Positions 12,001 to 25,242 of a stretch of DNA of 64,000 nt are shown here, in pieces. The notes below the pieces were generated by a model. That model did no database searches, had not been told where the DNA came from, and saw only the letters and a program-made list of their open reading frames with translations. The stretch is from Lingula anatina (lineage: Eukaryota; Animalia; Brachiopoda). Each line of letters opens with the position of its first letter. Positions within the stretch are counted from its first letter, which is position 1. The stretch covers positions 12,670,567 through 12,734,566 of the forward strand of contig CM120644.1 of assembly GCA_051362555.1 (NCBI GenBank), given 5' to 3'. Position numbers and translations under genes: made by a program.

Positions 12001-15000
12001 CTACCACTCAATAAGAATGTTCTAATTTTAAGAAATTATTAAAAATACAATATCTGCAAAATTCACAATTTTACCCTATGGAAAAGATCGAGTAATTACC
12101 ATACTCAAACTGTGCAGGTCCCATATCATTCTGTTCAATTATTGTTTATTATTTATTTGTTTTTAAACTGAGGCAGTTTTCACAAAATCAGCTTTCACAT
12201 TCAGAGTTCAACTTACAAAAGCTTCTCATGTACATTAACTGGGGAATCTATGACAACCAATTTGGCAAAGCTAACTGGGCTTATCAGAAGATTAGACACA
12301 CCCAAGAAAGAAAGAAGATTCAAGAAAGCCTTGTAGGCCATCACAAAATATCAGTCCTGTAAAAACACCGCTCCTTTTTTTTTCTTTTAAAAAGCTTAAC
12401 ATGCAATGTCAGGTTTTCTGCTGGTTATTATAGATTCATCAGCTGATCTTGGTGACAGGTGCGTTATGTAATGTTATTTTCATGAAAATCATTGCTACTT
12501 AAGCTATAAAGTTATAGTTTTTTGAATTATTGATAATATTATATTATATTGAGTAAGTAAAGTTGATATCATTCAGTGTTTTCAACAAGGAAACTTTGAT
12601 GATTACCCTATAATGATACATTCTTAACTGAAACTGTTTGTAACACAAAATGATTATCAGAAAGTTTTTTTTTCTTTCCAATGCCAGGGACAAGTGTATC
12701 CAGTTTGGCTGAAGCTGGTTCTGGTCAGAAAATGCCCATTGATCAGTTATTTAAAAAGTATAGTTTTACAGACAGATCACCTGTTGGGCTTGCCATCGCA
12801 CAGGTATGCATTTTCACTGGTATATGCATAATTTGAAGAGAGTGACTGGGTGAATGGGTGAATTTTATAACTGTGATAATACAATAATAACAATTCATGT
12901 AAAATTATAACTAAAAAGTAAAAACTGTGCATGTAAGTGGAAGTACAACTGTAACAGCATATTGAAATACATACCGACGTGAGAATTGATTTAATGTGGT
13001 ATATGTAATAAAACTGAATATTTCCTAATTAAATGTAAATTAAATTAAATATGCATTTTGAAAATCAACTATTGGATAGTTGATAACATAAAAATAATTA
13101 TGGGAAAAGGTTGAGCTGAAGTCTTTTTTTTTTTTTTGGGGGGGGGGAGGGATTGACTTCATATTGCCACAATTGTTTTTCTTATATATTATATACATAG
13201 ATATTTTAAAAGTCCCAATCATGTGACATTAAATAGGAAAAATAAATGGAATGCAATCAAAACCATAATTCATGTTCTGATCAGAAAAGAAAGATAACTC
13301 TTGGCCTTATTTCTAAATGACAAATAAATCATTTCAATTTTAGAACGTTTGCAGAGTTTTCAGACAGTTTCCAGAGGAAGACCAAGTGGGAAAATTGATG
13401 TCAACTTCTTTGTTTACCATTTTGGTAAGTGCCTTTTACAGGCATGATTTAGATTAATTCTATTAATTTATTTTCTGGAAATTTGATTAGAGTTGTGTAA
13501 GTCAAGATATAAGAACTGTTACCCCTGAGGCTCTGCAGAACTGCATGTATGTTATGAAAACTTAATAATCTAAAGTTTATCAGGTTCAGCAGTTTTCAAA
13601 TTTGGGAACAAAAAATTAATTAATTAACCAGTAATAATATGATAGTAAGAATGGTTGTTTTATTATATTATCTTTGCTCCATGTTAGGGGAAACTTTCAT
13701 GAGTTTGGAGTATTTTTAATTGATTCCAGAACAAATACCATCGATTCCCTATTAACACGGCAGTTGGTCTTCTTCATTGCTTTTCCACTGTCTCAACATT
13801 ACCACACACTATTAAGTCCAGTTGGTCAGTACCTAAACCTTTGTTGTCCAGTATTGTCCAGCTGATGGGCAGTTTGCTAGAGTGGGCAGTGGGCGATAAA
13901 GAAAAGGATACTACTGACGCCTTGAAAGTGGTCAAGGAAACTTTGACCTCATCAAAAGATATAAGGAAGCTTTTCCTAGGGGAAATTCTGAGTATTTTAA
14001 CAGGTATGACTTTTCTGATGTATTGTTAGTATTATAGAAAAATAATTTTTCATGTGAATGAACATTTGATGAATTATTTAGAATGGTTACCATAATTTTA
14101 TTAACACTTTGACAGCAGCTGAAAAGAAGCTACCACACAACTCTCTCTCTCTCTCTCTCTCTTACACACAAATGCACACACTTTACTGATAGTTTGACAA
14201 TTATGATGATAATTATATATTCTTCGACCAGATGATGATGTTGAAGACCATTATCCTGCTTCTGCATCACTATTGTTAGTCATATTGCTTCGCGATGATG
14301 AAATGGTCAAACATTTTGGAGACTGCAGGGATGTCATGAGTCAAGTGAAAAAGGCAGTGGAGGTGAGTCAACCAGTCTAGAAAGATCTAGTTTTGGACTT
14401 CATGATTTTTTTAATATGTACACATATGTGTCTTTGCATATAGCAATCAACTGCACATGTCATAGTCGCCATGGATGTGTACTTTCAGTGTTATAATGAT
14501 AAGTGGAAAACCATTTGACCTTTTGTTTTCAAACTTACAGAACTGATGAACATTCATAAAATATGGGTCAAGTTTGAAAATCAGCTTTATCGGACCAATT
14601 TTTTTCGAAAGTTCTGCTATTTTTTTGTTGGCTTTTTTGCATCACATTTTATCCATTGCTATACAAATGAAATGAAATTATCTTACTTTTTGTCCCAAAA
14701 CTTTCTGAACTGATGTATATTCAGGACCTGATTGGAACTTTTAAATAACAGTGATGCTTTTTTTTTCTTTTTTAACATATTTTTCTCCACAGTTATACAA
14801 ATAAACTGAAAACTGTTTTACCTTTTGTCTTTAAACTTATAGAACTGATGAATATTTATGAAATACAGATTGAGTTTGAAAATAACCTGACCATTTTTCC
14901 ATAAATTACGCTGTTTTTATATTCTTACTTTTTTTAATGCATACATTCGCCCTTCAAAAAATTGGACTAATAAGATTTGTAAAAGTGATTTTTTAACATT

Positions 15001-15399
15001 ATCTGCATCTTAGCAATTATGTTAGTTGATTTCATATAATAAAATGTTAAATCTGTTAAAATTTTCTAATTAAGTGTAAATAAAAGATATAAAATGGAAG
15101 TAAATAAAAAGTGCAGTATGTCAAATTCAATCCATCAGCATGTTTAGAATCTCAGGATGAGCAAATTGGACTTTTTTCTTTCCTGTTGGAAGCCTTGCTG
15201 CCTTAATTTAACATTCTCACTCTTATTCTATTACCCTTCCAATCTTAAATTATATTTTAATTTGCCTAGGGCACTTCATTACAAAAACGAAGTGTTTGTT
15301 TTTATCATTTTTTTTCCACCCATTCAGAGTGCTGAATCCAGAGGTAGCCACAGAAGCCAGCACGTGTTGGACTGTTTATATGTTGTCTCTACTTTGTGA
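6053..15399 (+). CDS. TEX10: Testis-expressed protein 10 / Ipi1 homolog (rixosome / 5FMC subunit), 15 coding exons, about 880 aa
   Basis: N-terminus MAKKKKNQDFQKVKLKVGRKLPRESSTNTSFKT..., followed by DLLSQLQHYN and HLSCAMTHIVEDIRLDALSVLD (Ipi1_N). Phase-compatible GT-AG exons: 6053-6229, 6575-7227, 7651-7772, 7999-8108, 8441-8560, 8752-8983, 9291-9420, 9757-9932, 10647-10815, 11525-11604, 12688-12803, 13344-13424, 13730-14003, 14232-14362, 15328-15399; total 2643 nt in one open frame. Confidence 0.93.
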
Positions 15400-15749
15400 A
15401 ACCACCAGAGTTGAGTGTGCGCAATTGTCTTGGGGACCACATTCCAAAGTAAAAAAAAAAAAAAAACTGATGGAACAATTACTGTGCCTACACAGAGAAA
15501 AAAAAACAAACCTTTTACTTCACTAACTGATCTGTCTTCACAATTTGTATGGCTAATCTTCAAAAGCGAAATGGGTGTTAGCGACAATAACTGGTCATGT
15601 ATCAGGTCACTGTCTCAGCTATGAATACAATACATGGTCAGATGTGGAAGCCAGTTGGGCATGGTCATCCCGCTCTTCCAAATCAAAACAGTGAACTCTG
15701 CTTTTGTCCAGTCCCATAAAAGGAAACAAAAACTGGGTTCGGGTACCTA

Positions 15750-15953
15750 GATTGATCTAAAAGGAACAGTCCATCTCCGAAGGGTTTCTCACAAAGTTGC
15801 TTTAAGCTGAAGTGGCTTAGATGTCTGGCACAGCTACTGAAGCTGCTTAAGGATATGTAAGTACCCCCTAGCAGCTTTAGTAGGCATGGCAGACTTCTAA
15901 GCCACTTAAGTTGATTGCAATTTAGCGAGAATCCCCTCGAAGATAGATCAATC
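15750..15953. mobile_element. Fold-back MITE-like element in presumed TEX10 3' UTR
   Basis: Imperfect long inverted repeat (GATTGATCTA...TAGATCAATC; AAGTGGCTTAGA...TCTAAGCCACTT). It is absent from the duplicated UTR copies near 20985 and 37058. Confidence 0.65.
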
Positions 15954-17019
15954 CACAGTTAGTACGATAGGGTCTGGGTGTGGTCCCAAAGTCTTCTTGG
16001 GTTCACAAGTCCTATGGAGTATAAAAGTGTCCGAAATTGCTTTTTAAAAAGTGCTACAGTAGGTTGGGGTGTGTATGATGGGAAGCACTTTAATACTTCC
16101 ATTGTATAGCTACATTCATTGTGTTTGAGAATTCTTTTCTAAGATCAACTTTTGCATATTAAGATGTTTTGCATGTTGTTTAATGATCACCTAAGGCATG
16201 GAATAATAATGTGCAGTACTAGAAGAATTTATTGTGTTTGTATTTGGTTGAATTTTTCTGAAAAAATATCAGATTCAAGAAGGAGCACCCTTGTGGGCTT
16301 TTATGTAAAGATAAATGGAATTTGTTTTCGAGTATCACCCAAGTGTGTGGGATTGGTAGCTGAAGCCAGCTGCACCTATTCCATTTCTAGTTTCCCGTGC
16401 AGCAGTGACTGGGAAGCAATGTTGCAGTTTTCCTTAAAACTCTTTGTGATTGATCATCACCTTTAAATGCAGGTAAAATTAAAAAATGTTCCTCTTTTTG
16501 ATTATCACATTTTTTGATACTAACATAAATATGGTGGAAACAGTTATTCTGCCATAAGAACAATGTGAAAGTTCTCATATGGCTCTAGTATATATTGATT
16601 ATTTTGTTGAGAAAGTGCGGGCAGAAGCCACAAAAAGACAGTGGAGTACTGGTCTTATATGTTTGTAAAATTCAGAGAGGAAAATTAACTTTAAAGTAAC
16701 AACAAAATTTCCAGAGATTTTGTAGTGTCGGTGTTTATAGAAGAGAAGTACAAAATGCAAAATGAAGCAAGTGACAAATAAAAAAGTATCAACAGAACGC
16801 ATTTTGAATGAAAAGTGTTCATCCCTCCTAAACTAACCCAATCCCCCCCCCCCCCAAAAAAAAAAATAAATAAAATAAATAAATAAAAAATAACAAATAT
16901 GAAAAAGCCAAATTAATTAAGTTAGAACATTTCACAATGAACTGTGTTGTAAAGTATATCTGGATTATTTAAGGCTTAACTGGACATGACAACTGTCTGT
17001 GCAGTATGGCACTGGATAT

Positions 17020-17120
17020 TTAAAGATCTAGTTTATAGCCATGATAGATTGCCTCTTGTAAATAGCCCGTTTTCCTTACCAATCTTTGGTCAATCCCACT
17101 GTTGTACTTGGTCTATTAGA
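17020..17120 (-). pseudogene. Degenerate duplicate of the last codons of the sulfotransferase CDS
   Basis: TAAAGATCTAGTTTATAGCC...CCAATCTTTGGTCAATCC...GTACTTG repeats 17216-17312 with many substitutions. Confidence 0.6.
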
Positions 17121-17214
17121 AATGAGATAAGTTAGGACAATAACCTAGGCTGTTTTTAGGTTTATATCAAACTGGCAGCTGTGCACTATGCACTATATGC
17201 ACTATGCACTATAT

Positions 17215-19228
17215 TTAAAGATCTAGTTTATATCCAAAATAACTTGCATCTTCCTTGTAAATATCCCAGACTTGCCTGGCCAATCTTTGGTCAATCCTGC
17301 TGTAGTACTTGTGTATTAGCTTCTGTCTAAAAGGAATATCCGCCCGATGGGATTGCGGGAATTGGCTTATCAAGTTTTCAGCATCAATCAGATGAAACAG
17401 GTTTGCTGCATCAGTTTGCAGAGTTTCGTGATGAACAATGATGTCATACTCAATATAACAGGGTCTACAAAAGTCATAAACTAAATTCCAGTGAATATTG
17501 TCTGGTCCATTATCCACTATATACCAAAGTAAATCCTGAAATGTTATGTCTTTGTTTTTTGAAATGTTCCTGTTGTACTGCTGGTTGATATAAGCTTTCA
17601 CTAGAGGACCTAGCTGGCGTGGCACTTGCTCCTTGAAAACTGACACAATTCGTTCTATTGGGTGACGCACAACTAAAACCTTAAGATAGTTTTTAATGCG
17701 CATTCTTCTTTCGCTATTGTTGAATGTGACTAACGGGGTAAAGGTTTGCTTCTTGTTCTTGTTGGATGTTAGATTTGATGAAGAAAAATGCCCAGTTAGC
17801 ATGTTATATACTATTTTCCAGTTACGACTTGCGGCTTTATACATGAAACACAAAATGAGTTTGTGTTTGTCATCGACAAGAATCCATTTTGCACTAAACT
17901 TATGGGAGTATGAAACATTTCTCCTGTTGTGGCATCTGTCTTGTAACAAACTTTTTCTTCTTTTGATGACTGACACCCAATCTTCTGGCACTTTGTTCCA
18001 ACTGAATGACTGAAAGAATATTTTAAAAAGTCACATCAACTGAGAAATGTGGTGAATGTATAAGAGGTGGCCAACAAAGATCACACACAAGCGTGGAAGC
18101 AGAGTATCTAATGGCACAGCTCAAATCTGTGTAGTTTGATGGGGTTTAAATAGATATGGGATAATGAAATTTGGTATGGAATTGTAGTTTTGAGATAATA
18201 TTTACTTTTGCTTTAAATCTGTAGCTATCTGTGTGTAATTTCTGTAGCACTGAGATGCAAGTCGAATAGTTTGCCTTTAAAACTATTTATCATCAAATCA
18301 CATGCAAAGCAAAAAAATAAAATGGAAGCAACTCTGATATTTTTTATATACTGATACACAGTGAATAGGAATGTTTGATCAAACTGGTGTTGATAAAAAT
18401 ATTGAGAGATGTACAGAGAAATACCTGCCAGATTGTATCATCTATGACATCATTCTCTTGATTGTATTTATCTCCGAGAATGCAGTATGAAAAAAAAAAA
18501 CACTAACCTTTACATTTACTTCATATTGATTCTTTTTGAAGTGTATACATTTACACATGGAGAAACTGGTGAAATTTTTGATAAAATATTGAGAGATGTA
18601 CAGAGAAATACCTGCCAGATTGTATTATCTATGACATCATTCTCTTGATTGTATTTCTGTGTTCCATTAGAGATGTTGATATATTTGTCTTTAAATTCAT
18701 CTTGATTTGCTTCTTTGCTTAGGTGAATTTCAGCAGGTTGAAAAGGGTGAATCTGGGCTAGGCGTTGGCTGCCTAAAAACATTGCACAATTATGTGATGA
18801 AAGCTGAGTCAATTTGATTTTATATGAATGTCAATTGAATACATAAATCCTTATGATTACCATCCACTTATTTGGAATAAGTTGGCAAGATAGTAACCCA
18901 AAACACACCTATGTAATTCAGTTTAAATGAAGCTTTCAGTTGGATTTTGTTTCATACATATTCCAATTTTCTTAAAATAATATTTTTTACCAAAAATTCC
19001 CTGCACTTTCTATTTACCTTAGATCGTTTAAAACAGGTCTTATAATACTTCTTCCAATTCCAATAATACTTGTTTTAAACTAGATATAATCAATATTTGT
19101 GTTATTGTAAGCAACAAGTTACAAAAATTTCAAACAATATACTTACCCATCCAATACAAAAAGAACAATATTGCAGAGCACTGAGTTATTACCAGTAAAA
19201 CAACAAGGACCTTTGTCCATGCCATCAT
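17215..19228 (-). CDS. Carbohydrate sulfotransferase (Sulfotransfer_2, CHST8-14/HNK-1ST-like), copy A, about 345 aa
   Basis: Exons 19147-19228 (MMAWTKVLVVLLVITQCSAILFFLYWM, type II anchor), 18612-18772 (stem) and 17215-18009 (catalytic). Motifs: LCFMYKAASRNW, VRHPIERIVS, HW...CRPC..YD, IYKED..FGY. Confidence 0.9.
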
Positions 19229-19597
19229 AATTAGTATCTAATATCACCAGGGATGATCTGTCACAGTGCTTATTCTTAAGTGGCTGCTTCTCAAGTTAAG
19301 GGTTACATTTTATCTCCGAGAATGCAGTATGAAAAAAAAAAAAACACTAACCTTTACATTTACTTCATATTGATTCTTTTTGAAGTGTATACATTTACAA
19401 ATGGAGGTGAAATACCAGTACATCATGTATACTTCATTCTTATATTACATCAGGCAAGCTGTACCATTAGATCAAATCTATCAGATTCAGCAGTTTTCAG
19501 TTTTTGGCCCAAAAGATAAGTTAATAATTAACCAGTTACTGTAATGATATCCCTGTTAACATGGGGGTGCTATTATATTATCTGTGTAGCATCTTAA

Positions 19598-19935
19598 AGG
19601 GATAATAACTCTTCGTACGATATCTATATTTCACAATAAAAACATTGTGAACAACTCATAGAAATATAATATATTCTGTTTTACCACAAAAACGGCAGTT
19701 ATAGCTATTATTCTGATATCTGAGCTTTTCTTCAGATCACGTGACCTCCATTGATGGCTGTACTCTGTTATAATCTCTTAAGATATTTTAACAAAAAACC
19801 AAACTCTTTAGAAAAAAAACCAGGGACTAACTTCGAATGTAAAAATGAATTCATTAACCACTGGTAAGTATGGGAAATTTGTTGTTTTCTCCGGGAAAAT
19901 TCATTTTTTGGCCAAAACGAAGAGTTATTATCCCT
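19598..19935. mobile_element. Non-autonomous Kolobok-like DNA transposon
   Basis: Perfect 19-bp TIR AGGGATAATAACTCTTCGT with TTAA on both sides (19594-19597, 19936-19939) and purine (AG) termini. The paralogous site near 36095 is empty. Confidence 0.85.
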
Positions 19936-19972
19936 TTAAGGGAAACTAGTATGAGTTTGTAATCGATTCCAG

Positions 19973-20609
19973 AACAAAAACCCTTGATTCCCTATTTACA
20001 TGGGGTCGGTCAACTCCATTGCTTCTCCACTGACTCAACATTTCCACATACTAAATAAATCCAGTTGGTCAGTGCCCCAACCTTTGTTGTCCAGTATTGT
20101 CCAGCAGTTTCCTAGAGATTGCAGTGGGCGATAATGAAAAGAATACTACTGATGCCTTGGAAGTAGTCAAAGAAATTTTGACCTCATCAAAATATATAAG
20201 GCAGCTTTTCTTAAGTACTTTATCAGGTATGACTGCTCAGGTGTATTGTTATTAGACTTAAAAAATACTTTCCATGTGAATGAACATTTTTCATTATTTG
20301 AAATGGACAAGGGAGATGTATAATATAATGCACAATTATAGAAATGAATGATTATCAAATTATTGTAAAAAGGCCAGAGGCACTATATACAGTGAAATAA
20401 ACTTTACCATTCTCACTTTAATATTATACTGTTTCCCTTCCAATCACATTCCTATATTATATTTTAATTTGCCTAGGGAACTTCATAACAAAAACCTAAA
20501 ATGTTTATTTTTCTCAGTTTTTTTCCCACCCACCCAGAGTGCAGAATCCAGATGTGGCAACAGAAGTCAGCATGTGTTGGACTTTTTATACGTTGTCTCT
20601 ACTTAGTGA
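19973..20609 (+). pseudogene. Duplicated TEX10 3' fragment (exon 13-like 19973-20226, exon 15-like 20538-20606), followed by UTR homology to about 21160
   Basis: Clear similarity to 13730-14003 and 15328-15399. The exon 13 copy has indels and the exon 14 region is absent. Confidence 0.85.
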
Positions 20610-21167
20610 AACCACCAGAGTTGAGTCAGGACAATCATCTTGGGGACCCCCCCGCCCCCCCCCCCCAAAAAAAAAAAAATAATAATAATAATAATAAAAG
20701 ATGGAACAATTACTGTGCCTTCACAGAGGAAAAGCAGGTCTTTTAATTCACTAACTGAATAATAATGCAATAATCCGGCTTTGCAATTGGTATGGCCAAT
20801 CTTCAACAGTGAAACAATGGACTGGTCACGTGACAGGTCACATGAATGCAAGCATTCACTATGTCAACTTTGAATACAATACGTGGTCAGATGTGGAAGC
20901 CAGTCGGGCATGGTCATCCCACTCTTCAAAACCAAAATAGCCAACTTTGCTTTTGTCTAGTCCCCAAAAAAGGGAACAAAAAGTCTGGGGTTCGCAATGC
21001 ACTATGGAATATACAGTGTTTAAAATATTTTTAAAAAGTACAACGGTAGGAGAAGGTGTATGATGGGAAGGACTTTAATACCTTCATTATGTAACTACAC
21101 TTATTGTATTTGAGAATTCTTTTTTAAAATCGGTATTTGCATAAGATAATTTATATGCTGATAAATG

Positions 21168-22636
21168 GGCCACTAGTAGTAAAACGACCAAAGGCATAGA
21201 AATAATGCCCTGGGCTTATAACTTTTCACAAAAAATTAAAACATACTTCCCAAAAGGCCAATTAAAGACAGAGATTAAGTGCAGTGTCCAACGGATGACG
21301 CTATAGTGCCAATTTGAGAAGAAAATGCCGTTATTGGCATTGGGATTTTCTCTATAACCAAGACAGCTATTCAAGTGATTCAAACGACCTCATAAAGCTG
21401 GTTGAAAGCACTTCAGTGGGGTACCAGGGAATCGTCTTAAACTATTTACTTTTGATTTTATCATCTTTTACGTTAAATTACCCCATATTTTGATGGGTTA
21501 TTCACTTCAAAAGACAATAACTTTCAAACAAACAATTTCCACCAACACCCCTGGTATCAGACAGTAATCCACATTTTCAACAACAATTACTGGGATTTTC
21601 GTAACGATCTGTTGCTTAGATAGGGAGATATACCTGAAACCGATTCACTTATCTCGTCAATCTGGTAAGCTGTTAAAACAGCCAAAAACGTTCACAGGTT
21701 GGTTAACAGAGCTTATTAGTCAAATGCTTTGCTGAGAAATTAACCTGTTATTGGTTATACGATCAGATGGAACTATTGCTCCTTGTTACTAAAAAATATT
21801 TTGTTTGGGTGCTTTGAAATGCCAGAAAATCGTGCTTTTGATACATTTTCCAATCAAGCGTTAGACTTGTAAGCGTGCCGCCATCTTCATTGACAGCTCT
21901 GGAGAGGGCCCTATCCTAGTGATGCCCAGTAGGGTGTCAAGGATATGTAAAAAGAAGCGCTTACAAAGGCGATTACGTTTAACCGCAGTTAAGAGGGGTG
22001 AAGATGCATTTGAACGTTTAAGTGGGTCTTCCTTGGCAATTGAGTAATTTTACCTCGGAGATTCCTTCTTTGTTATCGGCCAAGTGATCAGATGAAACTG
22101 TCTGTTGAGAGCAAGTGGCCGTCACTTGTGTTAATACGAGTTTTTTACAGGTAACGCTGCAGGATTACTGTGGATTGCCTCTAATACCAGATCATTCACC
22201 GTACTTTAGGCCAATATGAAGTTATTAATTATTTTATGAATAGGTTTGATTTTCTTTCTTTCCTCTGGAAATGCATTTTTAACACGAATTTTTCTCTTCC
22301 CCATAACGTACTTGACTTCTTCACTGCTTAGCTGATGTAAGACTTATGACCTATTACCGCCCACGTAATCAGCTTATAACTTATTAACTATGCTCCGACC
22401 CTTCATGGCAACGGCCCTTAGCAACAGAGGCGTGGCTTAGTCGTCAGCCTGACTGGGGCGTGTTGTCGGTTGAAAAACTCATCAAAAGACACATTTTGCG
22501 GTGCAAATTCAAAAAGAAAAAAAAAAATATATATATATATATATTAAATCCAACGTCAGATAATTTTTATAATTAATATAAACACACAAAAAACTCAAAA
22601 ACATGATTTTAAGCGTAGTTTACCCTACTACTGGCC
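21168..22636. mobile_element. Degenerate Kolobok-like DNA transposon in the duplicated TEX10 UTR
   Basis: Ends GGCCACTAGTAG ... CTACTACTGGCC followed by TTAA. It is absent at the source locus near 16191. Other copies: 37239-38962, and partial 29243-30173 and 44631-45441. Confidence 0.55.
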
Positions 22637-23262
22637 TTAAGGCATGGAATGATAATGTGCAGTACTAGAAGAATATATTTGCATTTGGTTGAATTTTTCT
22701 GAAAAATGAAATCCAAGCAGAGGCATCCGTATGGGCTTTTTTGTTAAGATATATATATATATAGCCAGATACGCTTATGCCATTTCTCATTTCCTGTACA
22801 GAAATAACTGGTAAGCAATGTTGGTGTTTTCCTCAAAACTCTTGAAGAGTAATCATTACTTTTAGATGCAGGTAAAATTCAAAAATGGCCAAGGTCCCCT
22901 TTTTGTTATCATGCGTTTTTGATAGTAACAAAGGAATCTGCCATAAGAACAATGTGAAAGTTTTGATATGGCTGAAGTATATATTGATGATTCTACTGAG
23001 TGTACTGACAAATTACTCCAGTATACTTACAAAATTCAAAGAGGAAAATAAACTTTTAAGTAAAAATAAAATTTCCATAGATTTTGCAGAGTGCGGGTCT
23101 TTATAGAGGAACTAACTCAATGGCTAAAAAAGAAAACAAATATGAAAAAGGCAAATTAATTAAGTTCCAACATTTGACAATGATCTGTGTTGTAAAGTAT
23201 ATCTGGATTATTTTTGGCTTAAATGGACATGACAACTGTCTGTGTAGTATAGCACTTGATAT

Positions 23263-25118
23263 TTAAAGATCTAGTTTATATCCAAAATAACTTGCGTCTT
23301 CCTTGTAAATATCCCAGACTTGCCTTGCCAATCTTCGGTCAATCCCTCTGAAGTATTTTTGTATTAGCGTCTGGTTGCTAGGAATTTCAACCTTGCGATG
23401 GGATTGCGGGAATTGACTTATCAAGTTTTCAGCATCAAGAAGTTGAAACAGGTTTTCTGCATCAGTTAGTAGAGTTTCGTGATGAACAATGATGTCGTAT
23501 TCAACATAGCAGGGTTTACAGGTGTCTGTTAAACTCCAGTGGTTGTTGATTGGCCCTTTATCGACTATATACTGAAGAAAATCTGAAAATAAAATATTTC
23601 TGCTTTTTGTAATGTTCCCATTGTAATTGCGGTTTATATAAGCTTTCACTCTAGGACCTATTTGACGTTCCCGCACTTGTTCTTTGTAAGCTGATACAAT
23701 TCGCTCTAATGGATGACGTACAACCATTACCTTAAGGTAATTTCTTAAGCGTGCCCTTATGCCATTGTTGTTGAAAGAGAGTAACTGCGTGTAATTGCCA
23801 GATTTTTTCTTGGTTATTGAATCTGATGAGGGATCAACCTGTCCAGAGAGAATCCAATACACCATTCCCCAGCTACGACTTGCAGCTTTATGCAGGGTGC
23901 AGAGAATGAGTTTGTGTTGGTCTTCCACAAGAATACGCTGTCCTATACCCACATGGGAGGTTGAAACATTTTTACTGTTGTGGCATCTGTCTTGTAACAT
24001 ACGCTTTCTTCTATTGATGACTGACACCCATTCTTCTGGCACCTTGTTCCAACTGAATGACTGAAAGAAAATCTTAAAAAATTACCTCAACAAAGAAACA
24101 TGTTTATGGGTAAAAAAGAGGTCAACAAAGATCACCGCACGCCAGTGTGGTGGCAGAGGTTCCAGTGGTGCAGTACAAATCTGTGCAATTTGATAGGGTT
24201 TTACATGTTATAGTTAAAATGCATATAGGATAATGTAATTGGATATGGCATTTTAGTTTTGAGATAATATTTACTTTTGCTTCAAAATCTTTAGTTGTCT
24301 GTGTGCATAATTACTGTGGCACGTGCAAAGCAAAATAATAGAATGGCGGCAACCCTCATATTTTTTATGTACTGATACACAGTGAATAGGAATGTTTGAT
24401 CTAACTAGTGAAAATATTGAGAAATAAGTAGAGAAATGTACGGAGAAATACCTGCCAGATTGTATCATCTATGGCACCATTCTCTCGATTGTATTTCTGT
24501 GTTCCATTAGCAATGTTGATATTTTTGCCTTTGAATTCATCTTGATTTGCTTCTTCTCTGTGGTGAACTTGAACAGGTTGAAAAGGGAGAACCTGGGCTA
24601 GGTGTTGGCTGCCTAAAAAATTGCACAATTATGTGATAAAAGTTGAGTCAATTTGATTTTATATGAATGTCTATTTAATACATAAATCCTTTTGATTACC
24701 ATCCGCTTAAATAAGTCAGCTGTCTTTTGGATTGCTATCTCGCCAACATATTCTATTCAAAGTAGAACATGTTGGCGAGATAGTAGTCCAAAACACATCT
24801 ACGTAATTCAGTATTCTTGAAGATTTAAGTTTGAATTTTTCAGACATATTCTAACTTTCTTAAGATAATATTTTTTTCATCTCAAATTCCATGCACTTTC
24901 CATTAACCATCGATTGTTTGAAACATATCTTATAATACTTCTCCCAATTTCATCAATAGTTGTTTTAAACTAGACATAATCAATGCTTGTATTATTTTAA
25001 CCAAAGAGTTACAAAGGGTTAAAGAAATATACTTACCCCTCCAATACAACAAGAACAATATTGCAGAGCACGGAGTTATTACCAGTAAAATGACAAGGAC
25101 CTTTTTCCATGCCATCAT
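23263..25118 (-). CDS. Carbohydrate sulfotransferase copy B, about 346 aa
   Basis: Exons 25037-25118, 24452-24612, 23263-24060. Motifs LCTLHKAASRSW, VRHPLERIVSAY, HW..CKPC. Frame open across the splice junctions. Confidence 0.9.
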
Positions 25119-25242
25119 AATAAGTATCTTATCACCAGGGATGATCTGTCACAGTGCTTATTCTTAAGTGACTGCTTCTCTAACCGATGGATGCTCTCAC
25201 TGAACAATCGCTCACTTATGCTCAAGTAAACCTTTCACTCAC

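Noticed and set aside
17696-18013. Plus-strand ORFs overlapping each sulfotransferase (and 6598-6924 antisense to TEX10)
   Set aside because: Antisense shadows of real coding exons; they recur only because the genes are duplicated.
19594-19939. piggyBac assignment for the TTAA-flanked elements
   Set aside because: Termini are AG/GG purines rather than the CC-type ends of piggyBac, which fits Kolobok better.
22885-23266. Conserved 73-aa and 60-aa ORFs repeated four times
   Set aside because: They lie in recently duplicated UTR/intergenic DNA and are not preserved in the source region near 16480-17020.
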